IMG/VR virus record: IMGVR_UViG_3300042868_005520
Span: 49,198 to 113,197 of that record
Reading direction: 5' to 3' (one strand)
DNA length: 64,000 nucleotides
Source: a virus
Below are positions 18,454 to 27,001 of this stretch, piece after piece. Position 1 is the first letter of the stretch. Every line of letters begins with the position of its first letter. Under the pieces are notes generated by a model that did no database searches, was not told the DNA's origin, and saw only the letters and a list, made by a program, of their open reading frames with translations. The position numbers and the translations under genes were made by a program.

Positions 18454-19731
18454 TTACCAGCGCATACCGTACTTGTTTAGTCTGTCTTTAATTGCATGAC
18501 TTTTAGCACTTTGTTCTGCTCCACCTGGTAGTGTAGTCCGCTTCTTCATAGTCTTCTTTGGGGTCTTTGCGGCTTCATCCACAACCTTCTTGATGCGCTT
18601 GGTTCCCTTGCCGCTTTGATCAGCAATGTTTGATCCAAGAGCAGGATCCATGATTGGAAGACCTGTGGTGAATTCTGTGGTTACATCTTCCTTTACAGAC
18701 TTCTTGGAGCGAAGCATCTTGAAGTCTTGCGAGTCAAGCCGCTTGTTCTTGTTTGCATCAAGTTTCTTCTGACCGCCAACAAGTTCTTCCTTTACAGACT
18801 TCTTTGATCGAAGCAGTTTGAAGTCTTGTGAATCGAGACGCTTGTTCTTGTTTGCATCAAGTTTCTTCTGACCGCCAACGAGTTCTTCCTTGACACCCAT
18901 AGCCGTCTTGATGCCCTTCACAGCATTGGCTTGCTTTTTGCCCGTGAGCGAATTGTAGTTCTTGTCGGAACCGTACTTCATGGACGACAGTTGTGATCCA
19001 CGCTTGGCAACATACGCGTCCTTGGTCGCCTTGCTCAACTCGTCAATCTGCTCTGCGCCTTCCTTCACTTCCACGCCTTCTTCAGCCATCACAGGCTCTT
19101 CCTTTGGTGAAACAAAAGCGGTTACACGGTACATGGAATCATCGCCCAATTCAACCTTAACGGTAAGCGTGAACTCTTGGAATCCGTCTTGACTGCCAGC
19201 GCGACCATCAAAGCGAATGCCGCCAGTCAGTGCATCGTATCCATCAACACGACCAAAGCGTGTCAGCGGAAGAGTAAACACACCAACCACAGCATTGTTT
19301 TCTCCTGGTGCCGAAGGTGGAACCTGTGCGTATCCTGACCACACGCGTGGTGTCCACGGAAAGTCAAGCAGCAGCACATTGAGCCGTGCACGAATCTTCA
19401 CCAGTGCATCGGTGGTATTCAAGTACGAGTACTTTGAAAGAGCATTAAGCATGGCATTGGCGTTGGCAATGAACTGTGCGTTGAACTTGAATGCGCCAAC
19501 ATCAGTATCAAGCGAACGATTAGGATAGCCTGTAAGGGTTTCCTTGTATTCGCTCTCGTTGAGTGTGTTGCGGAACGCTTTGAATTGCTTGGTTTCTTTC
19601 ATGTGCTTTGCCTTTGAAATTTCGATGGCAGCCAGTTGCTTCTGTGCCTTCTCTTTGGATGGGTGGGTTCCTAGAATCTTGGAACCTGTAGAATCAGTGA
19701 CTACGAATTTGCTTCCGCTTTTCTTGATCAT
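18454..19731 (-). CDS. modular probable internal head protein with tandem EF-hand-like repeat
   Basis: FKAFRNTLNE internal leader; two 33-aa EELVGGQKKLDANKNKRLDSQDFK repeats. Confidence 0.65.
   Translation of the reverse strand: MIKKSGSKFVVTDSTGSKILGTHPSKEKAQKQLAAIEISKAKHMKETKQFKAFRNTLNESEYKETLTGYPNRSLDTDVGAFKFNAQFIANANAMLNALSKYSYLNTTDALVKIRARLNVLLLDFPWTPRVWSGYAQVPPSAPGENNAVVGVFTLPLTRFGRVDGYDALTGGIRFDGRAGSQDGFQEFTLTVKVELGDDSMYRVTAFVSPKEEPVMAEEGVEVKEGAEQIDELSKATKDAYVAKRGSQLSSMKYGSDKNYNSLTGKKQANAVKGIKTAMGVKEELVGGQKKLDANKNKRLDSQDFKLLRSKKSVKEELVGGQKKLDANKNKRLDSQDFKMLRSKKSVKEDVTTEFTTGLPIMDPALGSNIADQSGKGTKRIKKVVDEAAKTPKKTMKKRTTLPGGAEQSAKSHAIKDRLNKYGMRW
18687..18892 (-). repeat. 99-nt tandem duplication in coding sequence
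   Basis: Near-identical GCTTGTTCTTGTTTGCATCAAGTTTCTTCTGACCGCCAAC copies 99 nt apart. Confidence 0.9.
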
Positions 19732-19734
19732 GGT

Positions 19735-21180
19735 TTAGTCTGTTGTTGTGGTTGAACGGTAGTCTGCATCACCTGAGCGGCGGCGTTGACTTGTCTTGGT
19801 GTCTTTGGTGCGCCGATCCTTTGCCCACTCCATCTTTTTACCTTTTCCCATACGAGCCATTGGATTCGTTGATCCACGAGCAGGTGGAATAGGCTTGCGA
19901 AGTTCTTCTGCGTGTTTCGCGTAGTCTGCTTTCAGACCCTGAAGTTTTGCAGTGACCTCACTGGCTTCATTCACTTTCTTCTTGACGATAGGTCTTTCTA
20001 TTTTTCTCGCGTGTTTCAAATCGGCTTTTAATTCTCGATCCTTGAGTTGATTTGAAGTACTATTTTTTGGGTTGTATTTCAAATCTGGATGTTCTTCAGC
20101 GGTTCTTTTGTCTGATGGTTTACCCATCATTTTAATTAAGTCAACTCTTCTCATTCTTGCGTGTGCGATCTTAGAATCCCTAAGTCCTTTACTTGAATAA
20201 TCATCTTCATCAGTAACACGATTGGCATCACTTGTTGCTTTACTCTTAATTTTGTCCAACGCGGCTCTTCTTGCAGGAGTAATTCTATAGATTTCAGTAA
20301 CCTCACTGGCTTCTTTCACTGGCTTTGGCTTTGGCAACTTTTCGGATTCCATTTCATCGCGCAGTTTACGAGCCTTCTCTCGCGCAGTAGCATTTTCCTT
20401 TGGACTCTTGCGGTTCATGGTGGTCATGTACTCGTTGAGTTCACTCTGAAGATCAAAAAAGGTTTTGCCTTCGCTCACACTTTTCCAACCGCCGCCTTGT
20501 TCGTTGTACCACTTAACAGCCCAACCGTTGGCGTAGGCAGAAGGGTACACATCAAACTTGCTACGAGCCTTGGACTTCGCTTGTGACCACAGTTCAGGAT
20601 TTGTTGGCTTGTTCTTTTCCATTAGTTCCTGTGCGGCTTCAACCAAACCAAACTCATCCATGCTTTCGGTGTTTGGTGTTTCGAATGACTCCTCAACGGT
20701 TTCTCCACCAAGAGTCTTGCGGAAAGCGTTGAACAGAACAGGTGATCCTGTAATCTTCTTTACCATTGAGTCCATCATGTCGATCATAAGATCGCGATAC
20801 ACTTTGGATGCACCCATCTTGACGGCTGTCTCAGGAGATTGCAGAGCGCGGCGAGCCACGATTACATCCTTCTTCTTTACAAGACCACTACGAAGCAGGG
20901 TCTTTGTGCGTTCGCCTTCAACACTTTCGGTGGTGATGTTTGATTCCTTGGACAGACTAGTGCGGAGAGCGGTGTACAGGTTGCGGTTATTCAGAACACG
21001 ATCCACCACATCGACAAGAATTTCCTGCATAAGCATACGGTATGCGGGATTCTTCATTGCCTTGTCGGGATCCTGAAACAGAACCGCTGCACGGCGAATG
21101 TTGTTCTTGGAAACAAGACCAAGCCGCAGCAAGGTGTTGAGTTTCGATGTGATTCCGCTATCGTGTCCGATTCCGTCCAT
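19735..21180 (-). CDS. modular probable internal head protein
   Basis: Duplicated TLLRxGLV domain; KPTNPELW...FDVYPSAYANGW...GGGW module; multiple x-x-E junctions. Confidence 0.65.
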   Translation of the reverse strand: MDGIGHDSGITSKLNTLLRLGLVSKNNIRRAAVLFQDPDKAMKNPAYRMLMQEILVDVVDRVLNNRNLYTALRTSLSKESNITTESVEGERTKTLLRSGLVKKKDVIVARRALQSPETAVKMGASKVYRDLMIDMMDSMVKKITGSPVLFNAFRKTLGGETVEESFETPNTESMDEFGLVEAAQELMEKNKPTNPELWSQAKSKARSKFDVYPSAYANGWAVKWYNEQGGGWKSVSEGKTFFDLQSELNEYMTTMNRKSPKENATAREKARKLRDEMESEKLPKPKPVKEASEVTEIYRITPARRAALDKIKSKATSDANRVTDEDDYSSKGLRDSKIAHARMRRVDLIKMMGKPSDKRTAEEHPDLKYNPKNSTSNQLKDRELKADLKHARKIERPIVKKKVNEASEVTAKLQGLKADYAKHAEELRKPIPPARGSTNPMARMGKGKKMEWAKDRRTKDTKTSQRRRSGDADYRSTTTTD

Positions 21181-21199
21181 AGTAGAGTCTCCCTTTTCT

Positions 21200-22261
21200 T
21201 TATTTAGACGATTTCAAGTGGCTAGTCATGCGGGGGGCGTTTCCTTTTCCGCTTTGTTGTGTTTCTGGTTCAACTCGTCTTTTTTGAATTACAGCGCGTT
21301 TTCTCTCTTTGGGAGTCATCTCTCCCACCGTCTCAGGAGTCTTGCTGCTTACTTTGTTTGCAGGACGGCATTTAGGGTATTTACCCTTGGAGGTGTCGGA
21401 TCGACCACATGGGGGGTATTCCCCTGTCTTGGGGTCTTTCTTGCCGCCAATGTCCACCCACTTCTCTTTGAACCACCGCGAAAGGTCTTCGTCCATTTTA
21501 CATGGAGGCGTGGGAAATATTTTATTGTGCTTGGAGAATCCCCCTGTTTGACCAGGAGTATCGGCTCTTCGCTTTTTCTTGTCGCTCTCAAGCAGTCGCT
21601 CTGCGGCGGCACGGTAAATATCTGTGTAGTTAATGCCTTCTTTAATCATCGTTTTCATACCCCGTTGTAGGTCTTGGTACAAATCCTTTACATCAGAGGA
21701 ATTAGCCTGTCGGGGCATTCCGCTCTTGAAAGTCTTGAAGTCGTTTGCGGCAGCAGCAGCACGAAGTTTGGACGCGCTCATGCCCTGCACACCTGTTGCG
21801 TTCTCGTCTCGTTTTCCTGCACCAACAATCGTCAGGCTCTTTAGTTTAAGGCGGTCTTTCCTGCGAGTGGAACTCATCAGGTCTTTGAAAGCCTCGTAAC
21901 TTCCTTGACGATCTTCTCCGCCCACAAGGTGTACATGATCGTATCCCTTTTCGGCAAGCCAGTACAGCATCTCCACAGGGTTCTTGATTGTATTCAAGTC
22001 CTTGAAGTTTGCGTCAGGAAAGAACCGCTTCAGGTACTTGAATTTCTGTCGGGGGGTGAGTGGGTTCTTCTTGGGGTCGTTTGTGCGACTGCTGAACATA
22101 GCGTACTCTGCGCCCAAACTCTTTGCCGTGCTAATGACCTTATCGACTAGCAGTTGGTGACCTGATGTGGGGGGTTGAAAGCGACCAAAGGCAACAACGA
22201 TAGACTTGCCTTTAGTCTTGGGTTTAACAATATCCCGAACTTTTTTTTCCACTGTGATCAC
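21200..22261 (-). CDS. cytidyltransferase-like (HIGH-family nucleotidyltransferase) fused to RWFKEKWVD module
   Basis: FGRFQPPTSGH, KNPL, GEDR, MSASKLR motifs. Confidence 0.8.
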   Translation of the reverse strand: MITVEKKVRDIVKPKTKGKSIVVAFGRFQPPTSGHQLLVDKVISTAKSLGAEYAMFSSRTNDPKKNPLTPRQKFKYLKRFFPDANFKDLNTIKNPVEMLYWLAEKGYDHVHLVGGEDRQGSYEAFKDLMSSTRRKDRLKLKSLTIVGAGKRDENATGVQGMSASKLRAAAAANDFKTFKSGMPRQANSSDVKDLYQDLQRGMKTMIKEGINYTDIYRAAAERLLESDKKKRRADTPGQTGGFSKHNKIFPTPPCKMDEDLSRWFKEKWVDIGGKKDPKTGEYPPCGRSDTSKGKYPKCRPANKVSSKTPETVGEMTPKERKRAVIQKRRVEPETQQSGKGNAPRMTSHLKSSK

Positions 22262-22294
22262 CTCTTTATTGTTACACCAGACACCAACTGCCAG

Positions 22295-23503
22295 TCAAGG
22301 TTTATTCCAAGTCTTTTCTGTGGTCAGATTGCTGCGTGAAAAATCCAATCGGTCTACCAATTTAACTGCATTGTTGCTCAAGCGGTCGATTGCAACAAAT
22401 CCTTCAGGAGTAGTAACTCGATATCCGCTCTTGTCCTTGATAAAGGTTCCTACGCCTGTTTGCATGGAAGCCATCTTCTGAACAATTGTGAGTTTCAACT
22501 GAGCCAGTGCATTATGTAGTGCAAAAACACGAGCAAGTTGGTTTCTGTTGTTGCGAACCCAATCAATAGATGGAGTAGTTTTTGTGCTTGCTACTTTGCG
22601 TTTGCCTTGTGCGCGGTCAAGCATGAATTGCAGGAGTTGATTCACATCAGCATGAGAAGTAGCAACTCCTCCACGCACCAATCCGTTGATGTAGGTCTTG
22701 ATTTCTATCTTTACTCCCTCGTTCTTGCCAATGCCGTTCAAGACAACACGCAAGTCAGCAGCAGTCTTGGTAAGACTAGCAATAGAGTTTTCAATTGTGC
22801 TGCGTTCCGATGGGGAGAATAGTCCTGATCCGTTTGCAAACTTCATTGTGGCGTTATCAAACCAAACATCCTTTACTTTTTTCATGTAACTAATATCGGG
22901 ATTGAATCGTGCAGTCATGGTGGCGATTGATTCGCCCTCGTATGCGGTATGGAACACAATGCCAATCTTTGCTGCTGCCATGCGTGTTCCCAAATCACTT
23001 TTTGGATCCACGGCGTATTTGATTGTGTTCGGCTGAAAGGTAAGGTAACTCTTGCCGTCAATGAGTTCCCGCTGTTTTGATTCCCCATCGAACATCATGT
23101 CGCCTTGCAGCACACCACGAATACCAAGTTTGGAAAAATGCTTTAGCGCAAGTTTAAGTTTTAAGTTCAATCCCTCTACGGGATGGTTGGCATCAATATC
23201 TGAATTGGTAAAGTTCAATTTGGGAGTCACATTGAACACACTCTTTGTGCCAACAAAAAATCGACCGCTTTGGGGGTCGATTCCACAAATAATGGCGGGT
23301 GCGCCATCCCACTTTACCGTGATGTCGTATGCACTAGGAGCGTTCGCTGTGAGAGCCTCCACAACGCCCCGTAAAGCCTTTATGGCGCGTCCGAACCCTG
23401 CGTAGCCGCTGTTGAGGATCTCGTCCTCAAGATGCTCCAAATGGACATTCTTTCCACTTGATTTTTTAAATGCTTCGACTAGGTGTTCGGTAAATGCTCT
23501 CAT
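22295..23503 (-). CDS. DUF6267-like conserved T4-like protein with capsid-targeting-like leader
   Basis: KNVHLEHLED, TVKWDGAPA, QGD, PEGFV, KLVDRLDFS; MRAFTEHLVE. Confidence 0.7.
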   Translation of the reverse strand: MRAFTEHLVEAFKKSSGKNVHLEHLEDEILNSGYAGFGRAIKALRGVVEALTANAPSAYDITVKWDGAPAIICGIDPQSGRFFVGTKSVFNVTPKLNFTNSDIDANHPVEGLNLKLKLALKHFSKLGIRGVLQGDMMFDGESKQRELIDGKSYLTFQPNTIKYAVDPKSDLGTRMAAAKIGIVFHTAYEGESIATMTARFNPDISYMKKVKDVWFDNATMKFANGSGLFSPSERSTIENSIASLTKTAADLRVVLNGIGKNEGVKIEIKTYINGLVRGGVATSHADVNQLLQFMLDRAQGKRKVASTKTTPSIDWVRNNRNQLARVFALHNALAQLKLTIVQKMASMQTGVGTFIKDKSGYRVTTPEGFVAIDRLSNNAVKLVDRLDFSRSNLTTEKTWNKP

Positions 23504-23520
23504 AATTCTCCTGTGCTTCT

Positions 23521-24186
23521 CTATTTAGAAGCATAGGAGTTCCGCTCGGAGCGGTAGAACTTGATTGCATCTGCCAAATCTGCAATATATTCCCGTGGAT
23601 CGGCTGTAAACACCTGACAGCCACCCTGTTCCACACCAATCAGAATGGCAATATTTCGGAGTTCCACTCCTGTGCGATCCTGCCACATAAGCGAATACGC
23701 CGTGGCTTGCATGAAGTAGTCTTGAATTGCGTCTTCGCTTTTCGGATATGTGGAAGACTTAAAGTCGATAACCGACGGCTTGTCGTCAAAAAATCCAATG
23801 CAGTCCGTCCTTCCCGCCAATCCCACACGCTTTGACCACAGCGGCACTTCGATAGCGTGGATCGTGCCGATGCGGTCGATAGACTCCTGCATTTCGAAAA
23901 ATAGGTCGGACTCACAAGTCCCCGCATTCGTCTGTACGGAACTGTGATCGTTTTTGAGATACGACTCGATAATTGAGTGAAGTTTCGTGCCACGGCTGAG
24001 TACTCTCTTTGATTCTTCGGGGTTTTCTCGCCGCCACTTGGCGAAGAAGGCTCGCTTCTTCCATCCCGTAACGGTGGTAACAGAGGGAAAAACGCCATCA
24101 GGGGTCTGATAGCGTCTGCCGCCGTCTGTGTCTACGCTGTTTACATTTTCGTCTAGCGTCACTAATTCATGATGAAAGGTTTTCAT
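23521..24186 (-). CDS. PD-(D/E)XK (Cas4/RecB-like) exonuclease
   Basis: PSVTT, RGTKLH, AGRTDC, IDFKS, QATAY. Confidence 0.85.
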   Translation of the reverse strand: MKTFHHELVTLDENVNSVDTDGGRRYQTPDGVFPSVTTVTGWKKRAFFAKWRRENPEESKRVLSRGTKLHSIIESYLKNDHSSVQTNAGTCESDLFFEMQESIDRIGTIHAIEVPLWSKRVGLAGRTDCIGFFDDKPSVIDFKSSTYPKSEDAIQDYFMQATAYSLMWQDRTGVELRNIAILIGVEQGGCQVFTADPREYIADLADAIKFYRSERNSYASK

Positions 24187-24369
24187 TTATTCGTCTGGTG
24201 TTTCTTCAATGATCTCCGTGCCTTCAGGCAATTCGTCATTGCGTTTCTGCTGCGGAGGAGGAGTAATGGGAGTCTGATTGCGATTCTGTTGTCGCTGTGC
24301 AGCCTTCCACTGTGGATTGTTCTGCTGATTCTGCTGTATCCAACTCAAATAATTTCTCATGTTGCTCAT
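24187..24369 (-). CDS. small Gln/Asn-rich protein
   Basis: SD AGGAG and TATATA upstream on minus strand. Confidence 0.55.
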   Translation of the reverse strand: MSNMRNYLSWIQQNQQNNPQWKAAQRQQNRNQTPITPPPQQKRNDELPEGTEIIEETPDE

Positions 24370-24406
24370 AGTAGTCTCCTGTAGTATATAGGGTGAATAG
24401 TCAAAG

Positions 24407-25222
24407 TCAAGAATCAGAGCCAAGTATTTCTGCGTGTGTGTCCATGAACTCCTGAGACGCAGCAATGTACTTGGATGTGGTTTTAGAAAACTCTGCGAAT
24501 ATTCGCTGAGTGAACGGATGGGTATTTCCGAATTGCACAATACACGGAAGCAGAATAGCATTAGCGGCTTCTTGTATGTAGGAGTGCTTTACATCAAATC
24601 CTCTTCCACCTTCTTGCTGCTTTGCTTCCAACAGCCCAATTGCTTGAATAAACGGCTGTTGTTTCTTTTCGGTTAGCAGTGGAAGCGCAGCAGTTGCAGC
24701 AGAAACAATATCACGAACGCAGTTCACACACGAACTTCTAATGCTGTAGTCGCACTCTTCTTTAATAGACAAGAACTCGAATGGCATGGTGTTCTCACGA
24801 ATCTTCTTCAGCACATCACGGCTTTTAAAGAATTGAATGTCTTCTTTCTGAACTCGCACCAAGTCGTATTTCTGCATGGCAGCAGACATACTGCACACGC
24901 GATTAAAAAGATCACGCGAAGAAAACGCTTCCGCATATACCGATTGAGAGTCCTGAGTCCAACACCTGAACATCTGTGCAATCTTTGGTTTGTATCGCAA
25001 CTGAGTGTTGTCTGCTTCCACCACAAGCACCGAAGGGTGGTATCGTTCGACTAGATTCTCTACAACAACACCTGCAAGGTGGGAAGAAGATCCCGCCGAG
25101 ACTCGACATTGTAGTGATAGGGGTTGTGTTGGATTAGAGCAAGCAAAGGTTAATACGGCAAACCCTTCGGTTGTCTTCACACGAACCGATCCACATCCAT
25201 CGGTTTGTTCATATTCAATCAT
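24407..25222 (-). CDS. hypothetical protein
   Basis: Long ORF in operon. Confidence 0.6.
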   Translation of the reverse strand: MIEYEQTDGCGSVRVKTTEGFAVLTFACSNPTQPLSLQCRVSAGSSSHLAGVVVENLVERYHPSVLVVEADNTQLRYKPKIAQMFRCWTQDSQSVYAEAFSSRDLFNRVCSMSAAMQKYDLVRVQKEDIQFFKSRDVLKKIRENTMPFEFLSIKEECDYSIRSSCVNCVRDIVSAATAALPLLTEKKQQPFIQAIGLLEAKQQEGGRGFDVKHSYIQEAANAILLPCIVQFGNTHPFTQRIFAEFSKTTSKYIAASQEFMDTHAEILGSDS

Positions 25223-25225
25223 TTG

Positions 25226-25765
25226 CTATTTCTTCTTTCGTGGTCGAATCCCGAATGTTAACCGCTTACGCATCGAGAGTTTTCGTTTTCTGTTTGCCTG
25301 TCCTCGTTTTGATCTAGCCTTTCGCGCAGATCGTTTGGAACGGAACTTTATTTTTCGCAACTGGCTTACATTGCGGCGAACACAGGTACGCTCTCCGCGT
25401 TTCATGAATCCTGGTCCGCACTTAAACAGGATTCGTTTCTTGCCCTTGCGAACCACAATCTTGCGCTTCGCAGCAACCTCGTTCAGAATTTCGCTTTCAA
25501 TGTCAACTGATTCTTCTATGTCTTCGGAGTCATCGTCTTCAATAGTGATCTCGGCTTCTTCCACGGGATCAAGAATGTAAATAACACCGTCCTTCTCTTC
25601 CCACTCAACATCATTATCTTCTAGATACGCAACCACATCTTCATGTGATAAGTTTGGCATATCAAGCACAATCTTTTCCTCTGTGAGTTCGGCATCGAAC
25701 TCTTCGAAGATGATTCGCTGTAGTGAGCAAAAAGCGTGGTCGCGTAAGTCTTTGAATGGTTTCAT
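25226..25765 (-). CDS. gp68-like prohead core protein
   Basis: Acidic N-half, ILNE junction, Arg/Lys-rich C-half ending RKRKLSMRKRLTFG. Confidence 0.6.
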   Translation of the reverse strand: MKPFKDLRDHAFCSLQRIIFEEFDAELTEEKIVLDMPNLSHEDVVAYLEDNDVEWEEKDGVIYILDPVEEAEITIEDDDSEDIEESVDIESEILNEVAAKRKIVVRKGKKRILFKCGPGFMKRGERTCVRRNVSQLRKIKFRSKRSARKARSKRGQANRKRKLSMRKRLTFGIRPRKKK

Positions 25766-26991
25766 ATCTGTATGCCTATTCTATCGGATGCGCGTGTGTA
25801 TCCGTTTTTGCTGCGAAGAAAAACTTTAGACTTTACTTCTTCGGGAGTGTCACCAATGAGATCGAATTCGGGAACTCCTGTATTATCTAGGGAAAACTTA
25901 ATGTAGTAAACCTGTTCGTCTACAGCATCACGAAACAGTTTGGTGAAATCAAGTTTGGGAGTTTTTGAAAGATTTCCAATGGCTTTTTCACACTCGTACA
26001 TTATTTCATTTGCTGTGGGAGACTTCTTTTTCTTTAGGTACTCGTTTCCCGAAATGAATGTGGCAAATAGACTCTTGTTGTACGCCGTGGAACTAGATCC
26101 CTTCGCCTTTGCAATAAAGTCATCTGCGGCTTTTTGTGTAATGCCACCAAACTCCTTGAAGCCTTTTCCTGTGAGATATGCTGCAACAAGTATTGGTCCG
26201 TAAAGAATACTTGCACCCGACAAAATTTCAAGCACTTTGTATTGTACGGTTCGTTGCCATTTTGTTTTCTTGGCAGGGGTCTTGTTCAGGAGATTGATGA
26301 TGTCTCCAGGCTTTACAACATTGGAAGTGGTTCCTGACTTGGCGGAAATGATATAACGCCGATTCTTGGTGGTGTCTATCACCGAATAGTCCATTAGCGG
26401 TTCATTTGGACGAGCAGGAATGAAAACTGCTGTATTGCTTTCATTGAGTCCTTTAATGAGTTTATTACTCAACACTCCGAAAGGACCAGCCACCTCACCA
26501 AAGTCTTTCACGATGTCTGCCACAGGAACAGTCTTTGCAGAACTGTAAAATTTCTTTAAGTGTACTTTATTCTTTTCGGTTGGATCATCACAGTAGTCGA
26601 TAAGCGCAGACAGATACGCCCGTACACTACTAGTCAAGTCTTTGCGTTCCTCAATGCTTTCACGAATTAGTTTAGCGTAATTCTTGAAAGTATATTCTGT
26701 ATCCTTAACACCGAAAGCCTGTGGCTTCAGGCTTGCAGCAGTGCTTGAGCGAACACCTGGCTTGGCAATCTTGTCGAACTCAACACGAACTATCTTTCTA
26801 CCAACAAGAACGGGTGGATGCTTATCAAATGCTTTTGATGTGATAAAGACAATCTCGGTTCCTGCGTCAAGATTCCCGACTGGCTGATTTGTTTTAAAAT
26901 CAAATACCTTTGAAGCCTTCTTTAAAACTGAAGGAATATCCTTCCCTGTATTAAAGTACTTGCTCCAAGCAGCCGTGCCTGTTGTTGCCAT
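25762..26991 (-). CDS. putative PD-(D/E)XK-fold endonuclease
   Basis: DFGEV...NEPLMDY...ISAKS pattern. Confidence 0.5.
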   Translation of the reverse strand: MATTGTAAWSKYFNTGKDIPSVLKKASKVFDFKTNQPVGNLDAGTEIVFITSKAFDKHPPVLVGRKIVRVEFDKIAKPGVRSSTAASLKPQAFGVKDTEYTFKNYAKLIRESIEERKDLTSSVRAYLSALIDYCDDPTEKNKVHLKKFYSSAKTVPVADIVKDFGEVAGPFGVLSNKLIKGLNESNTAVFIPARPNEPLMDYSVIDTTKNRRYIISAKSGTTSNVVKPGDIINLLNKTPAKKTKWQRTVQYKVLEILSGASILYGPILVAAYLTGKGFKEFGGITQKAADDFIAKAKGSSSTAYNKSLFATFISGNEYLKKKKSPTANEIMYECEKAIGNLSKTPKLDFTKLFRDAVDEQVYYIKFSLDNTGVPEFDLIGDTPEEVKSKVFLRSKNGYTRASDRIGIQI

Positions 26992-27001
26992 GAATTACTC
27001 C

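Noticed and set aside
21200-22261. CCA-adding enzyme for the CCA-less tRNAs
   Set aside because: Motifs are HIGH-family cytidyltransferase, not pol-beta nucleotidyltransferase
23521-24186. Cas4 implying a CRISPR system
   Set aside because: No repeat-spacer array or other cas genes seen; solo exonuclease typical of T4-like phages
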